A DNA stretch of 64,000 nucleotides from Dehalococcoidia bacterium (GCA_965197645.1 OZ240219.1:256001-320000), one strand, 5' to 3'; positions 27,482-37,327 are shown, counted from the first letter of the stretch. Numbers and translations: made by a program. Notes: a model not told the origin generated them from the letters alone.

Positions 27482-28336
27482 ATGAGCGCTCAGACACATG
27501 AACGGCCCGACATGCTGGTCGAGACGGACTGGCTGGAGAAGTACATGGATGATCCCCAGCTGCGGATAGTGGACATGGGGCCGGTAGACGGGTTCAAGCG
27601 GTGCCACATTCCCGGCGCCATCGGCCTCAACAGGGACTATCTCAAAGACCCGGACAACGATCTGTTCGTGATGCAGCCAGAGCAGTTCGAAAAGGCGATG
27701 GGGAAGGTGGGCATCGGCAACGAGCACAACGTGGTCGCCTACGACGATTACGGGGGACTGTACGCCGCCCGGCTGTGGTGGGCGCTGCGGACCTTCGGCC
27801 ACGATAAGGTATGGGTGCTCAACGGGGGATGGAACAAGTGGATGAGGGAGGGCAGGGCGTGGACACAGATAGCCGTCACCGGGTACCACTCCCGCGACTT
27901 CAACCCCCACCCGCCGGCTACCTTCAAGGCCCGAGCCGACTACTCGATGCTCTGCTCGGCCGAGAATATCATGGAGAGATTAAGCGACTCTGATTTCGTT
28001 ACCCTGGACGTGCGCGGCGACGGTGAGTACAACGGGACCAACCTTCGGGGCATGAACCGGCGCGGCGGGCACATGCCCAACACCGTGCACATCGAGTGGT
28101 CCAAGGCGGTCACCGACGACGACCTGCGGACCTTCCGCCCTCCGGACGAGCTAAGGGAGCTGTACGCCTCGGCGGGCGTGACGCCGGAGAAACAGGTAGC
28201 CACATACTGACAGGCCGGAATACGTGCGGCGCACGCTGTATTTGTTCTCAAGCTGCTGGGCTACGAAAACGTCCAGAACTACGATGGTTCCTGGGGCGAG
28301 TGGGGCAACCGGGACGATACGCCTATAGAAGCTTAG
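27482..28336 (+). CDS. Tandem-domain rhodanese / SseA-type sulfurtransferase selenoprotein, Sec encoded by TGA 28208-28210
   Basis: HIPGA, AARLWW, LNGG, GHMP; frame continues [44 protein letters not shown] to TAG 28334-28336, restoring the catalytic loop and the YDGSWxEW signature. Confidence 0.92.
28219..28242 (+). promoter_or_regulatory. Candidate SECIS hairpin of the sulfurtransferase
   Basis: AATA-CGTGC-GGC-GCACG-CTG-TATT; GGC loop starts 18 nt after the UGA. Confidence 0.65.
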
Positions 28337-29093
28337 GCCCGACCACGTACTTCAGGTTGGCCGTGGTCACCTCGGCCACTTCCTCGACCGAGATGCCCCT
28401 GACCTCGGCCACCTTCTGAGCTACCCTGGCCACCTGGGCAGGCTCCAGCGGGTTCCGCTTCTTCCACGGCTGGGGGAAGGAGTCGGTCTCCAGGATCATG
28501 TACTCCATTGGGAGCCGTTTCGCTACGTCGGGGAGATGGGGGATGCTCAGCAGGGTCTTGGAGAAAGAGACATAGATCCCCATATCGACGCACTCGTCGG
28601 CTATGCGCTGGTCCGCGACGAAATAGTGCATGATGGCGCCCACCTCGTAGACGTGCTCCTCCTTGAGAATGCGAAGGCAGTCCCAGTAGGCGTCCCGGCT
28701 GTGGAAGACAATGGGCATCTTCAGCTCTCTGGCCAACCTCACGTGGTCCCGAAAGACCTGCTGCTGTAGCTCGCGGGGCGCCTTGCCCTTGAGATAGTCG
28801 AGGCCCGGTTCGCTCACGACGACCACCCTGTCGCTGGCAAGGGCCATCTCCTTGAGCTGTTCCAGGGTCTCGTCGGTGATGGACTCATCGACGGACATGG
28901 GATGGATGCCGACGCCGGCGTAGATATCGGGATAGGCCTCGGCGATACGGATGCAAGCCCGTGAAGACTCGACGGTAGTGCCGGCGGTGATGATGCGCTC
29001 GACGCCGGCCTCCCTGGCTCGCTGGACCACGGCCTCCAGCTGCTCGGAGGGGTAGTCGTCCAGGTGGGTGTGGGAGTCGGAGAGGTTGGGCAT
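28323..29093 (-). CDS. tatD: TatD family hydrolase
   Basis: DSHTHLD, GIHP, EPGLDY, FHSRDA, LETDS. Confidence 0.85.
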   Translation of the reverse strand: MPNLSDSHTHLDDYPSEQLEAVVQRAREAGVERIITAGTTVESSRACIRIAEAYPDIYAGVGIHPMSVDESITDETLEQLKEMALASDRVVVVSEPGLDYLKGKAPRELQQQVFRDHVRLARELKMPIVFHSRDAYWDCLRILKEEHVYEVGAIMHYFVADQRIADECVDMGIYVSFSKTLLSIPHLPDVAKRLPMEYMILETDSFPQPWKKRNPLEPAQVARVAQKVAEVRGISVEEVAEVTTANLKYVVGPKLL

Positions 29094-29125
29094 GGTAGTT
29101 GAGTTGGGGCCGGTTGCCTATTGGC

Positions 29126-29773
29126 TTAGGCGGCATCCCCTTGCCGGTCGGGTTCAAGGGCATCGACCAGCCCCGCGGCCGCAGCCGTTATGTCCGGTGC
29201 AGCGAGGATGGCTCGGATTACGGTCACGCCGTCGGCGCCAGCGGCCAGCACCTCCGCTACGTTGGATGCATCTATGCCTCCGATAGCGAAGACGGGGATG
29301 CCCACCGCTTCTTTGACCCGCCTGATAATGTCCGGGCCATCGGGCGGTTTGCCGGGGTGAGAAGCGGTCTCGTAGATGGTGCCCAGGGTGACGTAATCGG
29401 CCTCTTCGTCCTGGGCTTTCACGGCATCCTCGACGCTGTGCACCGAGCGCCCCACGGACATGTTCCGCCCTCCGATCTTCCTGGCCACATATACCGGGAT
29501 CGAGCCGGCCGGTAGATGCACTCCGTCCGCCGAAATGGCTGTAGCGATATCGACCCGTTCGTTGATGACCAGACTGGCCTTGCCGTTAGTGACTCGCCTC
29601 AGCTTGACGGCCAGATCATACAGCTCCCCCGAAGGCATGTCCTTTTCTCGCAGGTGCACCACGTCCACACCCCCCTCGACGGCTTGGGCCACGGCATCTT
29701 CGATGGAAATGTCCTTGCAAAGGGTGCGATCGGCTACCAGGTGGAGGCGGGCCTGGGATACGGCGCTAGGCAT
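29126..29773 (-). CDS. thiE: Thiamine phosphate synthase (ThiE/TenI family)
   Basis: HLREKD, INERVDIA, DGVHL, GRSVHS, ETASHPG, FAIGGI; may be TenI-like. Confidence 0.8.
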   Translation of the reverse strand: MPSAVSQARLHLVADRTLCKDISIEDAVAQAVEGGVDVVHLREKDMPSGELYDLAVKLRRVTNGKASLVINERVDIATAISADGVHLPAGSIPVYVARKIGGRNMSVGRSVHSVEDAVKAQDEEADYVTLGTIYETASHPGKPPDGPDIIRRVKEAVGIPVFAIGGIDASNVAEVLAAGADGVTVIRAILAAPDITAAAAGLVDALEPDRQGDAA

Positions 29774-30482
29774 CGGGTGAGCCGAGGTAGTACGTCTCGA
29801 AGGCCTCGTAGGAGAGAGGCACGATGTCCCTGACCAGGCCGGTGATGGCGTCGGCGTAGGCCCGAATCTCGGGTTGGGCGCCCTCGCCTGTCCGAAGCTC
29901 CAGGAAGTTCATGAGGGCCCGGAAGTTGAGGGTCCAGTAGAACTCGGTGTAGTAGGCGGTGCCGAGTACGCCCCGGAAGACCTCGCGAGTGCGCTTGCGA
30001 AGGTGCTTATGGGGCCTTGCCTTTTCCACCATCTTCTCGTAGAAGGAGTGCTCCTGCCGCATCAGCTCTTCGTACTCTTTCAAGTCATCCTCGTCGAATA
30101 TATCGGGGAGGCCCTCCCCGTCGGGAACGTAGAACTCCTCCTTGAAGACCCGGTATCGAGCGGAGCGTTCGTTGTAGGAAGCCATCCGGTGTCGGAACCA
30201 CTGGCGGGCGACGAAGATGGGGCACTTTATCAGAAACTGGAACACAGCGTGCTCGAAGGGCGTGCCGTGCTTGTTCTCCATGAGGAAGAAGATGAGACGC
30301 CGGTCCCGCTCCGGGTCGCCTTTTGCGCCGGTGGAAACCCGGGCCGCATCGAGAATTCGCTGGTCGGAGCCGATGTGGTCCAGCAACTGGACGTAGCCCT
30401 TGTCCAATACCCGGACCTTGTTTTCGGCGGTCTCGGGAACGGAAGGGGCCACTTTAGTCAAATCGGTCTCCCACCTTTTCAC
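29766..30482 (-). CDS. thyX: FAD-dependent thymidylate synthase
   Basis: AARVS, HGTPFEH, PIFVARQWFRHRMASYNERSARY (RHRx7S), AQPEIR. Confidence 0.95.
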   Translation of the reverse strand: MKRWETDLTKVAPSVPETAENKVRVLDKGYVQLLDHIGSDQRILDAARVSTGAKGDPERDRRLIFFLMENKHGTPFEHAVFQFLIKCPIFVARQWFRHRMASYNERSARYRVFKEEFYVPDGEGLPDIFDEDDLKEYEELMRQEHSFYEKMVEKARPHKHLRKRTREVFRGVLGTAYYTEFYWTLNFRALMNFLELRTGEGAQPEIRAYADAITGLVRDIVPLSYEAFETYYLGSPDA

Positions 30483-31632
30483 GGGCCTTCTTGCCCATCT
30501 CTATGCCCGCGACGATCAGGCGCAGCGCCCGCTCGGTGGAGCCCGCGATAAGCTGGTGGGCGTTGCTGATGGAGGCGTCCAGGCCCATCGGACCGGGAGT
30601 GATGCTCATGACCGAGCTGACGCCGTGCCGGTAGATCTCTTCGTAGCCTGGGGCCACGCCTCCGGTTATCGCTATAACGGGGATACCCAGCGCATGGGCC
30701 CTGGTGCCGACGCCCATGATAGTCTTTCCGTAGGACGATTGGCCGTCCAGCTGGCCCTCGCCGGTGATCACAAGGTCGGCGTTCTGGAGCCGGGAGGAAA
30801 ATCCGGTGGCGTCCGCGACCAGGTCCACTCCGGGTCGAAGGACGGCGTCAAGGAAGGCCATCAAGCCTGCGGAGAGGCCTCCCGCAGCGCCGGCGCCGGG
30901 AACGTCCTTGACGTCTTTGCCCAGGTCTTGTTTCAGGACATCGGCGTAGTGAAACAGGGCTTGATCTAGGGTATTGATCATCTCCGGAGTGGCCCCCTTT
31001 TGAGGGCCGTACATGGCCGCTGTCCCCTCCTGCCCACAGAGGGGATTCGTAACGTCGGTGGCCACCTGGAACCGGGACTCGGCAACGCGGGGGTCGATTT
31101 CGGTCAGGTCTATGCGGTCGAGGTCCGCCAGGGCTGCACCCCCACCGGGCAGCTCGTGGCCCCGGGAGTCCAGCAGTTTCGCTCCCAGGGCTTGGGCGAC
31201 ACCGGCACCGCCATCGCAGGTAGCGCTGCCGCCCACACCGAGGATGAAATCCCGCTTGCCGCTATCCAGTGCGTCGCGGATCAACTCGCCGGTGCCGTAC
31301 GTGGTGGCCACCAGGGGACTGAGGTCATTTCGAGGAACCAGCGCCAGGCCCGAGGCCCGAGCCATCTCGATGGCCGCGGTGCGGCCGTCCCCCAGCACCC
31401 CCCAGATCGCCTCCACCGGCGAGCCCAACGGCCCGGTCACGGTAGCTGTGAAGGTCATGCCGCCGGTGCCCTGCACCAGCACCTCCAGGGTGCCGTCCCC
31501 GCCATCGGCCATGGGGGAGATGAGGACCTCGGATTCGGGCAGGACGTTTCTGATGCCCTCGGTGATGGCATCGCAAACCTGGAATGCGCCGAGACTGCCT
31601 TTGAAGGCCTGGGGAGCAACGACGATCTTCAC
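30454..31632 (-). CDS. glxK: Glycerate kinase (GlxK/GarK family)
   Basis: MKIVVAPQAFKGSL, ADGGDGT, IEMARASGL, GGSATCDGG, YGPQKGA, GAGAAGG, ITGEG. Confidence 0.93.
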   Translation of the reverse strand: MKIVVAPQAFKGSLGAFQVCDAITEGIRNVLPESEVLISPMADGGDGTLEVLVQGTGGMTFTATVTGPLGSPVEAIWGVLGDGRTAAIEMARASGLALVPRNDLSPLVATTYGTGELIRDALDSGKRDFILGVGGSATCDGGAGVAQALGAKLLDSRGHELPGGGAALADLDRIDLTEIDPRVAESRFQVATDVTNPLCGQEGTAAMYGPQKGATPEMINTLDQALFHYADVLKQDLGKDVKDVPGAGAAGGLSAGLMAFLDAVLRPGVDLVADATGFSSRLQNADLVITGEGQLDGQSSYGKTIMGVGTRAHALGIPVIAITGGVAPGYEEIYRHGVSSVMSITPGPMGLDASISNAHQLIAGSTERALRLIVAGIEMGKKAREKVGDRFD

Positions 31633-31738
31633 ACGGAGAATTATATCTTATAGAAGGAGGCGCCGTAACCGAATGCCTGCATCATGGGGGAGACCGTTTT
31701 CGGGTATACTTTTGTATGCCCGTTCAGGACCTTTGCTG

Positions 31739-33184
31739 ATGACAAACCAGCGGCATGTAATACAGGAGTTGATCGAAATCGTCGGGGAGCAGTACGTTAT
31801 CTACGCTCCCGAGGACCTGCTCGTCTTCGAGTACGACGGCTCTACAGAAACGGGCTTTCCCCAGGTTGTGGCGGTGCCTTCCACCGCGGAGGAGGTCTCC
31901 AGTATCGTCAAGCTGGCACGCCGGGAGGGTCTGCCCGTAGTGCCCAGGGGCTCAGCGACCAGCATAAGCGGTGGGGCCATTGCCGCCCAGGGGGGCATCC
32001 TGCTGGCTATGACTCGCATGAACCGGGTGTTGGAGGTGGATACGGAGAACATGATCGCGGTTGTTGAGCCCGGTATGTTCAATCTCGATCTGAGCACGGC
32101 GGTGGAGGAGTACGGCTTATACTATGCGCCCGACCCCTCCAGCCAAAAGGCCTGCACCATCGGGGGGAACGTGGCCGAGAACGCCGGCGGCCCCCACTGT
32201 CTCGCCTACGGTGTCACCACCAACCACGTTCTGGGTCTCGAAGTGGTGCTCGCTGACGGGACGGTAATGTGGGTAGGTGGCAGGAACAGGGACATGCCCG
32301 GGTACGATCTGCCGGGGATCATCGTAGGGTCCGAGGGGACTTTCGTCGTAGCTACCAAGGTGATGGTCCGGCTGATGAGGAAACCGGAATCGACCCGGAC
32401 GCTGCTGGGCGTTTACGGAGACGTTCAGGAGGCCGTCAATAGCGTATCGGCCATCATAGGCGCCGGTATCGTCCCGGCGGCGCTGGAAATGATCGACAAC
32501 CTGATAATCCGGGCCGTGGAGCCGGTGGTCCAGGCAGGGTACCCGTTGGATGCCGAGGCCGTACTGCTGATCGAAGTGGAAGGTCTGGAGGAGGCGGTCG
32601 AGGAGGATGCAAAGGCGATTCAGCGGATCTGCCGGGAGAACAGCGCCACCGACGTTCGGCTTGCTGAGGACGACCGGCAGCGAGAGAAGCTGTGGGCAGG
32701 ACGGAAAGGGGCCTTCGGTTCGCTGGGGAGGTTCGCCCCCAACTATTACATTCAGGACGGGGTGGTGCCTCGAAGCAAGCTGCCTGAGGTTATGAAGCGG
32801 GTGCTGGAGATAGGCAGGGAGTACGATCTTACCATTGCCAACGTATTTCACGCCGGTGACGGCAACCTACACCCCATTATCATCTACGACGAGCGGGAGC
32901 CTGGTACAAAGGAAAGGGTGATGGAGGCGGGCAGCAAGGTGATGAAGGCCTGTGTGGAGGTCGGTGGATCGCTCACGGGTGAGCACGGCATAGGTCTGGA
33001 GAAGCAACGGTTCATGCCCTGGGTGTTCACCGACCAGGACCTGGACGCGATGCGCAGGCTGCGTGCCGCCTTTTCATCGGAGGGGCTGTTCAATCCGGGC
33101 AAGATATTCCCCGACGAGGCGCGACCCGAGGAGTCCTGGCGCATTCCCTCGCTGGCCAACGTGGGCGCAGACATGCCGATCTAG
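31739..33184 (+). CDS. glcD: Glycolate oxidase FAD subunit
   Basis: YAPDPSSQKACTIGGNVAENAGGPHCLAYGVT, GSEGT, FHAGDGNLHP, GEHGIG, FNPGK; start at ATG 31739 rather than 31013. Confidence 0.9.
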   Translation: MTNQRHVIQELIEIVGEQYVIYAPEDLLVFEYDGSTETGFPQVVAVPSTAEEVSSIVKLARREGLPVVPRGSATSISGGAIAAQGGILLAMTRMNRVLEVDTENMIAVVEPGMFNLDLSTAVEEYGLYYAPDPSSQKACTIGGNVAENAGGPHCLAYGVTTNHVLGLEVVLADGTVMWVGGRNRDMPGYDLPGIIVGSEGTFVVATKVMVRLMRKPESTRTLLGVYGDVQEAVNSVSAIIGAGIVPAALEMIDNLIIRAVEPVVQAGYPLDAEAVLLIEVEGLEEAVEEDAKAIQRICRENSATDVRLAEDDRQREKLWAGRKGAFGSLGRFAPNYYIQDGVVPRSKLPEVMKRVLEIGREYDLTIANVFHAGDGNLHPIIIYDEREPGTKERVMEAGSKVMKACVEVGGSLTGEHGIGLEKQRFMPWVFTDQDLDAMRRLRAAFSSEGLFNPGKIFPDEARPEESWRIPSLANVGADMPI

Positions 33185-33193
33185 GAGCCGCCG

Positions 33194-34537
33194 ATGCCGA
33201 GAGCCAAGGGCCTGGATAGGGCGGTGGCCGGACTGCCCGGCGCTCGTAAGATAACCCAATCTTCTGGGCTGTCGGATTACTCTGTCGATGGCTGCGCCCC
33301 GGAGGTGGTCGCTTTCCCCAATACCGTCGAGGAGATGAGCACTCTACTTGCAGCAGCGGAAAGTGAGGGCAAGACGGTGGTGCCGTGGGGTGGGGGGACG
33401 CATATGGGACTGGGGAACCTGGTAACGGGGGTGGACGTGGTGGTCGGGGCCTCCCGGTTGAACCGCATCGTCGAGCACGAGCCGGCGGATCTCACGGTTG
33501 TGGTGGAGGGAGGGACACTTCTGGACGTGCTTCAAAACGATCTGGCCGAACGAGGCCAGTTTCTGCCCCTAGACCCTCCTCGCGCCGCCGAAGCGACCAT
33601 CGGAGGCATTCTGGCCGGTAACGCCAGCGGCCCCCGCCGAGCTTTCTTCGGAACGGCCCGAGACAGGCTGATCGGCATCAAGGTAGTCCACGCCAACGGG
33701 GAAGTGACCAAGGGCGGCGGCAAGGTGGTGAAGAACGTCACCGGCTACGATATGAACAAGCTGTACACGGGCTCCCTGGGTACGCTGGGGATAATAGTCC
33801 AGGCGGCCTTCAAGGTGGCTCCCCTCCCCAAAGAGTACCGGACCCTGCTGCTACCCTGTCCCTCGGCGGAGGTAGCCGTTGCTTTGGCGTTGGAGACGCC
33901 CAAACGAGGATTCCAGCCCCTGGCCCTACAGGTGCTCGATGCCAGAGCCGCCTCACCAAAACTGGCGGCTCTGGCAGAAGCCCGGTCTCCATACGTTCTC
34001 GCCGTCGAGCTGGGGGGAACACCGGCGGCGGTGGGCAGGCAGGAGAAGGAGATAGGAGCGCTGAGCCGGGAGTGGTCCATCGAAGTACAGTCGATATCCG
34101 ACGTCGCGGAGTCCACAGATCTGTGGACGGCCATCAGAGACCTGGGCCGGGAAGAGTCTCGGCCGGCGACTATGATCGTCAAGACTACGTCGCTGCCGAC
34201 GCAGACAGGTCGTATCATCGAAGGGATCGAGTCCATTGGCGAGAAAGCCGAGCTGGACCACGCGTTGCAGTCCAACGTGACCAACGGTGTCACCCACAGC
34301 TGCTGGTGGAGCGATAACGGCTCCATCGATGCGCTGCAAAACGTCGTGGGCGAGATTCGCAGCCTGGCGCATAAAGCCGGCGGGCACGGCGTCGTAGAGG
34401 TGTGTCCCGTCGAGCTGAAGCAGCGGATCGATGTCTGGGGTTTCGATGGGCCGGAGCTTACATTGATGAAGAAGATCAAGGAGCAGTTCGATCCCCATGG
34501 AACCCTGAACCCGGGCAGGTTCGTGGGCGGGATCTAG
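33194..34537 (+). CDS. glcE: Glycolate oxidase FAD-binding subunit
   Basis: EHEPADLT, ATIGG, GGKVVKNVTGYDMNKL, FDPHGTLNPGRF. Confidence 0.88.
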   Translation: MPRAKGLDRAVAGLPGARKITQSSGLSDYSVDGCAPEVVAFPNTVEEMSTLLAAAESEGKTVVPWGGGTHMGLGNLVTGVDVVVGASRLNRIVEHEPADLTVVVEGGTLLDVLQNDLAERGQFLPLDPPRAAEATIGGILAGNASGPRRAFFGTARDRLIGIKVVHANGEVTKGGGKVVKNVTGYDMNKLYTGSLGTLGIIVQAAFKVAPLPKEYRTLLLPCPSAEVAVALALETPKRGFQPLALQVLDARAASPKLAALAEARSPYVLAVELGGTPAAVGRQEKEIGALSREWSIEVQSISDVAESTDLWTAIRDLGREESRPATMIVKTTSLPTQTGRIIEGIESIGEKAELDHALQSNVTNGVTHSCWWSDNGSIDALQNVVGEIRSLAHKAGGHGVVEVCPVELKQRIDVWGFDGPELTLMKKIKEQFDPHGTLNPGRFVGGI

Positions 34538-34541
34538 TCCG

Positions 34542-35882
34542 ATGGCAAAGGCTAAACAACAAACTACGCTGGGCCTGGCAGACCTGGGCTTGGACGCCGG
34601 CGTCAACGAGAAAGAGCTGTACAAGTGTGTTCACTGCGGGCTGTGCTTGAGTTCGTGTCCCACCTATCTGGAGCTGGGACTGGAGACCGAGTCTCCCCGG
34701 GGCCGCCTGGCCCTGATGAAGGCGGTGAACGAGGGGCGAGCCGAGTATACGGACCGGCTGGTAGGGCACATGGAGCTGTGCCTCCTGTGCCGGGCGTGTG
34801 AAGCGGCGTGCCCGTCCCAGGTGCCCTTTGGGAGCTTGATGGCGGATACCCGGGCCAATATTCAAAACAGGACCGACGGTCCCCGGTTGGGCAGCCAGAT
34901 TCAAGACCTGGCGTTCAAACACCTGCTGCCCCACAAGAGGCGGCTGGCGCTGGCGTTCAGGCTGGCCCGCATCTACCAGGATTCCGGTTTGCAGCGATGG
35001 GTGCGAAAGTCGGGGCTACTGAGCATGGTCCCCTCCAAGCTGGCCGAGATGGAATCGGCCATGCCTCCCCTGCCAGAGAGGTTCTTCCCACCGTCCAACA
35101 TGGATTTCTTCCCGGCAATGGGCAACGCCAGAGCAGTCGTTGGTTTCTTCTCCGGTTGTATCATGCCTCTGACCTTCGGGCACGTAAACGCCGCCACGAT
35201 GCGAGTGTTGTCCAGAAATGGCTGTGACGTAGTGATCCCCTCGGCACAGGGGTGTTGCGCCGCTCTGAACCACCACGGCGGGGAGAAAGAGGCGGCCGGC
35301 GAGATGGCCAAACGGAACATCGACGCCTTCGAGGCTGCGGGAGTGGACGCGGTGATCGTAAACTCGGCCGGGTGTGGCGCGATGCTGAAGGAGTACAGCG
35401 AGTTACTGGAGGGTGAACCGGACTACGCGCAAAGGGCGAAATCCTTCGTAGGAAAGGTCAAGGACATCAGCGAGTTCCTCTCCGAGCTATCCATCGACGC
35501 CAACATGGGGCGCATAGACAAACGAGCGACGTACCAGGACTCGTGCCACCTAGCCCACGCCCAGCGGATCAAGGACCAACCCAGAGAACTGATGGGCATG
35601 ATCCCCGGCCTGGAGCTGATCGAGATGCCTGGCTCGGACAGATGCTGCGGCGCTGCCGGGGTGTACCAGATAACCCAGCGGGAGATGTCGTACCGGCTGT
35701 TGCAGAGCAAGATGGACGATGTAACGTCGACGCGCGCCGATCTTGTGGTCACGGCCAACCCTGGATGCATGATCCAGCTCGACTCCGGGTTGCGGGAGCG
35801 AGGTGTTCCCGGAAGGTCCTTCCACGTCATCGAGCTGCTGGACTGGGCCTACGCCCTCGCTGACACGAATAGCTCGGAGTAG
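34542..35882 (+). CDS. glcF: Glycolate oxidase Fe-S subunit
   Basis: CVHCGLCLSSCPTY, ESPRGR, CLLCRACEAACPS, two CCG domains, YQDSCHLAH. Confidence 0.9.
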   Translation: MAKAKQQTTLGLADLGLDAGVNEKELYKCVHCGLCLSSCPTYLELGLETESPRGRLALMKAVNEGRAEYTDRLVGHMELCLLCRACEAACPSQVPFGSLMADTRANIQNRTDGPRLGSQIQDLAFKHLLPHKRRLALAFRLARIYQDSGLQRWVRKSGLLSMVPSKLAEMESAMPPLPERFFPPSNMDFFPAMGNARAVVGFFSGCIMPLTFGHVNAATMRVLSRNGCDVVIPSAQGCCAALNHHGGEKEAAGEMAKRNIDAFEAAGVDAVIVNSAGCGAMLKEYSELLEGEPDYAQRAKSFVGKVKDISEFLSELSIDANMGRIDKRATYQDSCHLAHAQRIKDQPRELMGMIPGLELIEMPGSDRCCGAAGVYQITQREMSYRLLQSKMDDVTSTRADLVVTANPGCMIQLDSGLRERGVPGRSFHVIELLDWAYALADTNSSE

Positions 35883-35940
35883 AGGCCCCACAGGTCGTTC
35901 AGGCTCACACGCGCGGCCGTACGACCCCAAGAGGTGAAGA

Positions 35941-37128
35941 CTACGCTTCGGTGTAGGTCCGGCTGGCGGCCCCGACTCCCGCCGACGCGGGGACCTCATA
36001 GCCCTGAGCGAGGAGAATCTTCTCCAGGGCAGAGAGCGCCAACAGCACGTTGCTGGCCTGGGAGGAGTAGCCCATCAGGCCCACTCTCATGGCTCTGCCC
36101 TTGAACTGGCCCAAGCCTCCGCCGGTCTCGATCTTGTAATCGTTCATCAGGGCGCTGCGGACCTGGTCGGCGTCGATGCCGTCGGGCATGAGCACACCGT
36201 GTACGGTGTCCGATCTGCAGTCCTCGGAGGCGATCAACTCGAGGCCCATGGCCTCCAGTCCGGCCCGGAAGGCCGAACCGTTCAGGTGATGCCGGGCAAA
36301 GCTGTTTTCCAGCCCCTCTTCGTCAACGATTCGCAGCGACTCTCGCAGGGCGTAGACCATGTTGGCTGGAACGGTGTGGTGGTACTTGCGACCGCTTACC
36401 CAGTACTCGTCCAGCATGGTCAGGTCCAGGTACCAGCTTCGGGGCTTCTGCTGCCGGGATTTCAATGCCTGGGCGGCCTGATCGCTGAGGGTTATGGGAG
36501 CAAGGCCGGGAGGACAGCTGAGACACTTCTGACTGCCGCTGTAGCATACGTCTATTCCCCAACCATCGACGGCAACGTTGTGGCCACCCATGGAAGCGAC
36601 AGTGTCCACCAGGAACATGGCTCCGTGGTCACGAGCCACCCGGCCGATCTCCTCCAGGGGCTGAAGGGTGCCGGTGGAGGTCTCGCAGTGGACCAGGGCC
36701 ACTACCTTGGCCTCAGGGTGCTGCTTCAACGCCTCCTCCACCTGCTCGGGCTGGACCACCTGGCCCCAATCGGTCTCGACGGTTACGACGTTGGCCTCGG
36801 CACGCAGGGAGATCTCGGCGAGACGGGCGCCGAAGAAACCGGACACGCCAACGACTACTGTATCACCGGGCTCCAGGGAGTTGTAGATCGCCGCCTCCAT
36901 TCCCGCCGAGCCGGTGCCGGAGAGGGTCAGTGTAAGCTCGTTGCGGGTCTGGAACATCTGCTTGAGCAGGTCGACGGTGTCGTCCATGATCTGCCACATG
37001 TCGGGGTCCATGTGGCTGAGGGTCGGGCTGGCCATGGCCTTGTAGACCCTGGGATGGACGCTGCTGGGGCCGGGGCCCAGTAAGGTCTTGGGAGAAGGCT
37101 CGATGTAGTCGGTCGAGGGCCGGGGCAT
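35941..37128 (-). CDS. Alanine/serine-glyoxylate aminotransferase (class V PLP)
   Basis: LLGPGPS, SGTGSAGMEA, VHCETSTG, VDTVAS, YSGSQKCLSCPPG, YHHT, RVGLMG. Confidence 0.92.
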   Translation of the reverse strand: MPRPSTDYIEPSPKTLLGPGPSSVHPRVYKAMASPTLSHMDPDMWQIMDDTVDLLKQMFQTRNELTLTLSGTGSAGMEAAIYNSLEPGDTVVVGVSGFFGARLAEISLRAEANVVTVETDWGQVVQPEQVEEALKQHPEAKVVALVHCETSTGTLQPLEEIGRVARDHGAMFLVDTVASMGGHNVAVDGWGIDVCYSGSQKCLSCPPGLAPITLSDQAAQALKSRQQKPRSWYLDLTMLDEYWVSGRKYHHTVPANMVYALRESLRIVDEEGLENSFARHHLNGSAFRAGLEAMGLELIASEDCRSDTVHGVLMPDGIDADQVRSALMNDYKIETGGGLGQFKGRAMRVGLMGYSSQASNVLLALSALEKILLAQGYEVPASAGVGAASRTYTEA

Positions 37129-37327
37129 GACTTCCTCCTCGTCATGAGGTTCCTGAGATTACGATTTCGATGTTGAATATTCGCCGGTGGAGGTTCTTGG
37201 TCGCAATCGCCGTATGAACCTAGTCCCGGGTGGTTTCAGCCCTGCCGCCCACCTCGCCTGTCGTCCGCAAACTCCTTGCTCCAAGCTTGCCCTCGCAGCA
37301 ATCGCGGCGAGGGGGAAAAGCGAGGGT

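Noticed and set aside
539-28336. Reading the four TGA-interrupted genes as pseudogenes or as split ORFs (e.g. 527..1588, 3519..3836, 27199..27468, 27437..28210)
   Set aside because: Each TGA falls exactly on the catalytic Cys/Sec codon, the frame continues with intact family motifs, and hairpins follow
29126-31700. TPP riboswitch controlling thiE
   Set aside because: thiE is internal to a glxK-thyX-thiE-tatD run with overlapping genes; no TPP aptamer motif seen upstream
31013-31738. Apparent 242-aa N-terminal extension of GlcD
   Set aside because: Overlaps glycerate kinase on the opposite strand; GlcD homology starts near ATG 31739
37129-37327. Glycine riboswitch upstream of the aminotransferase
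   Set aside because: Only fragments (GGAGCAA, TCTCAGG) resemble the consensus; the GGAGA...CCGAAG core was not found, so it is kept only as an unexplained leader
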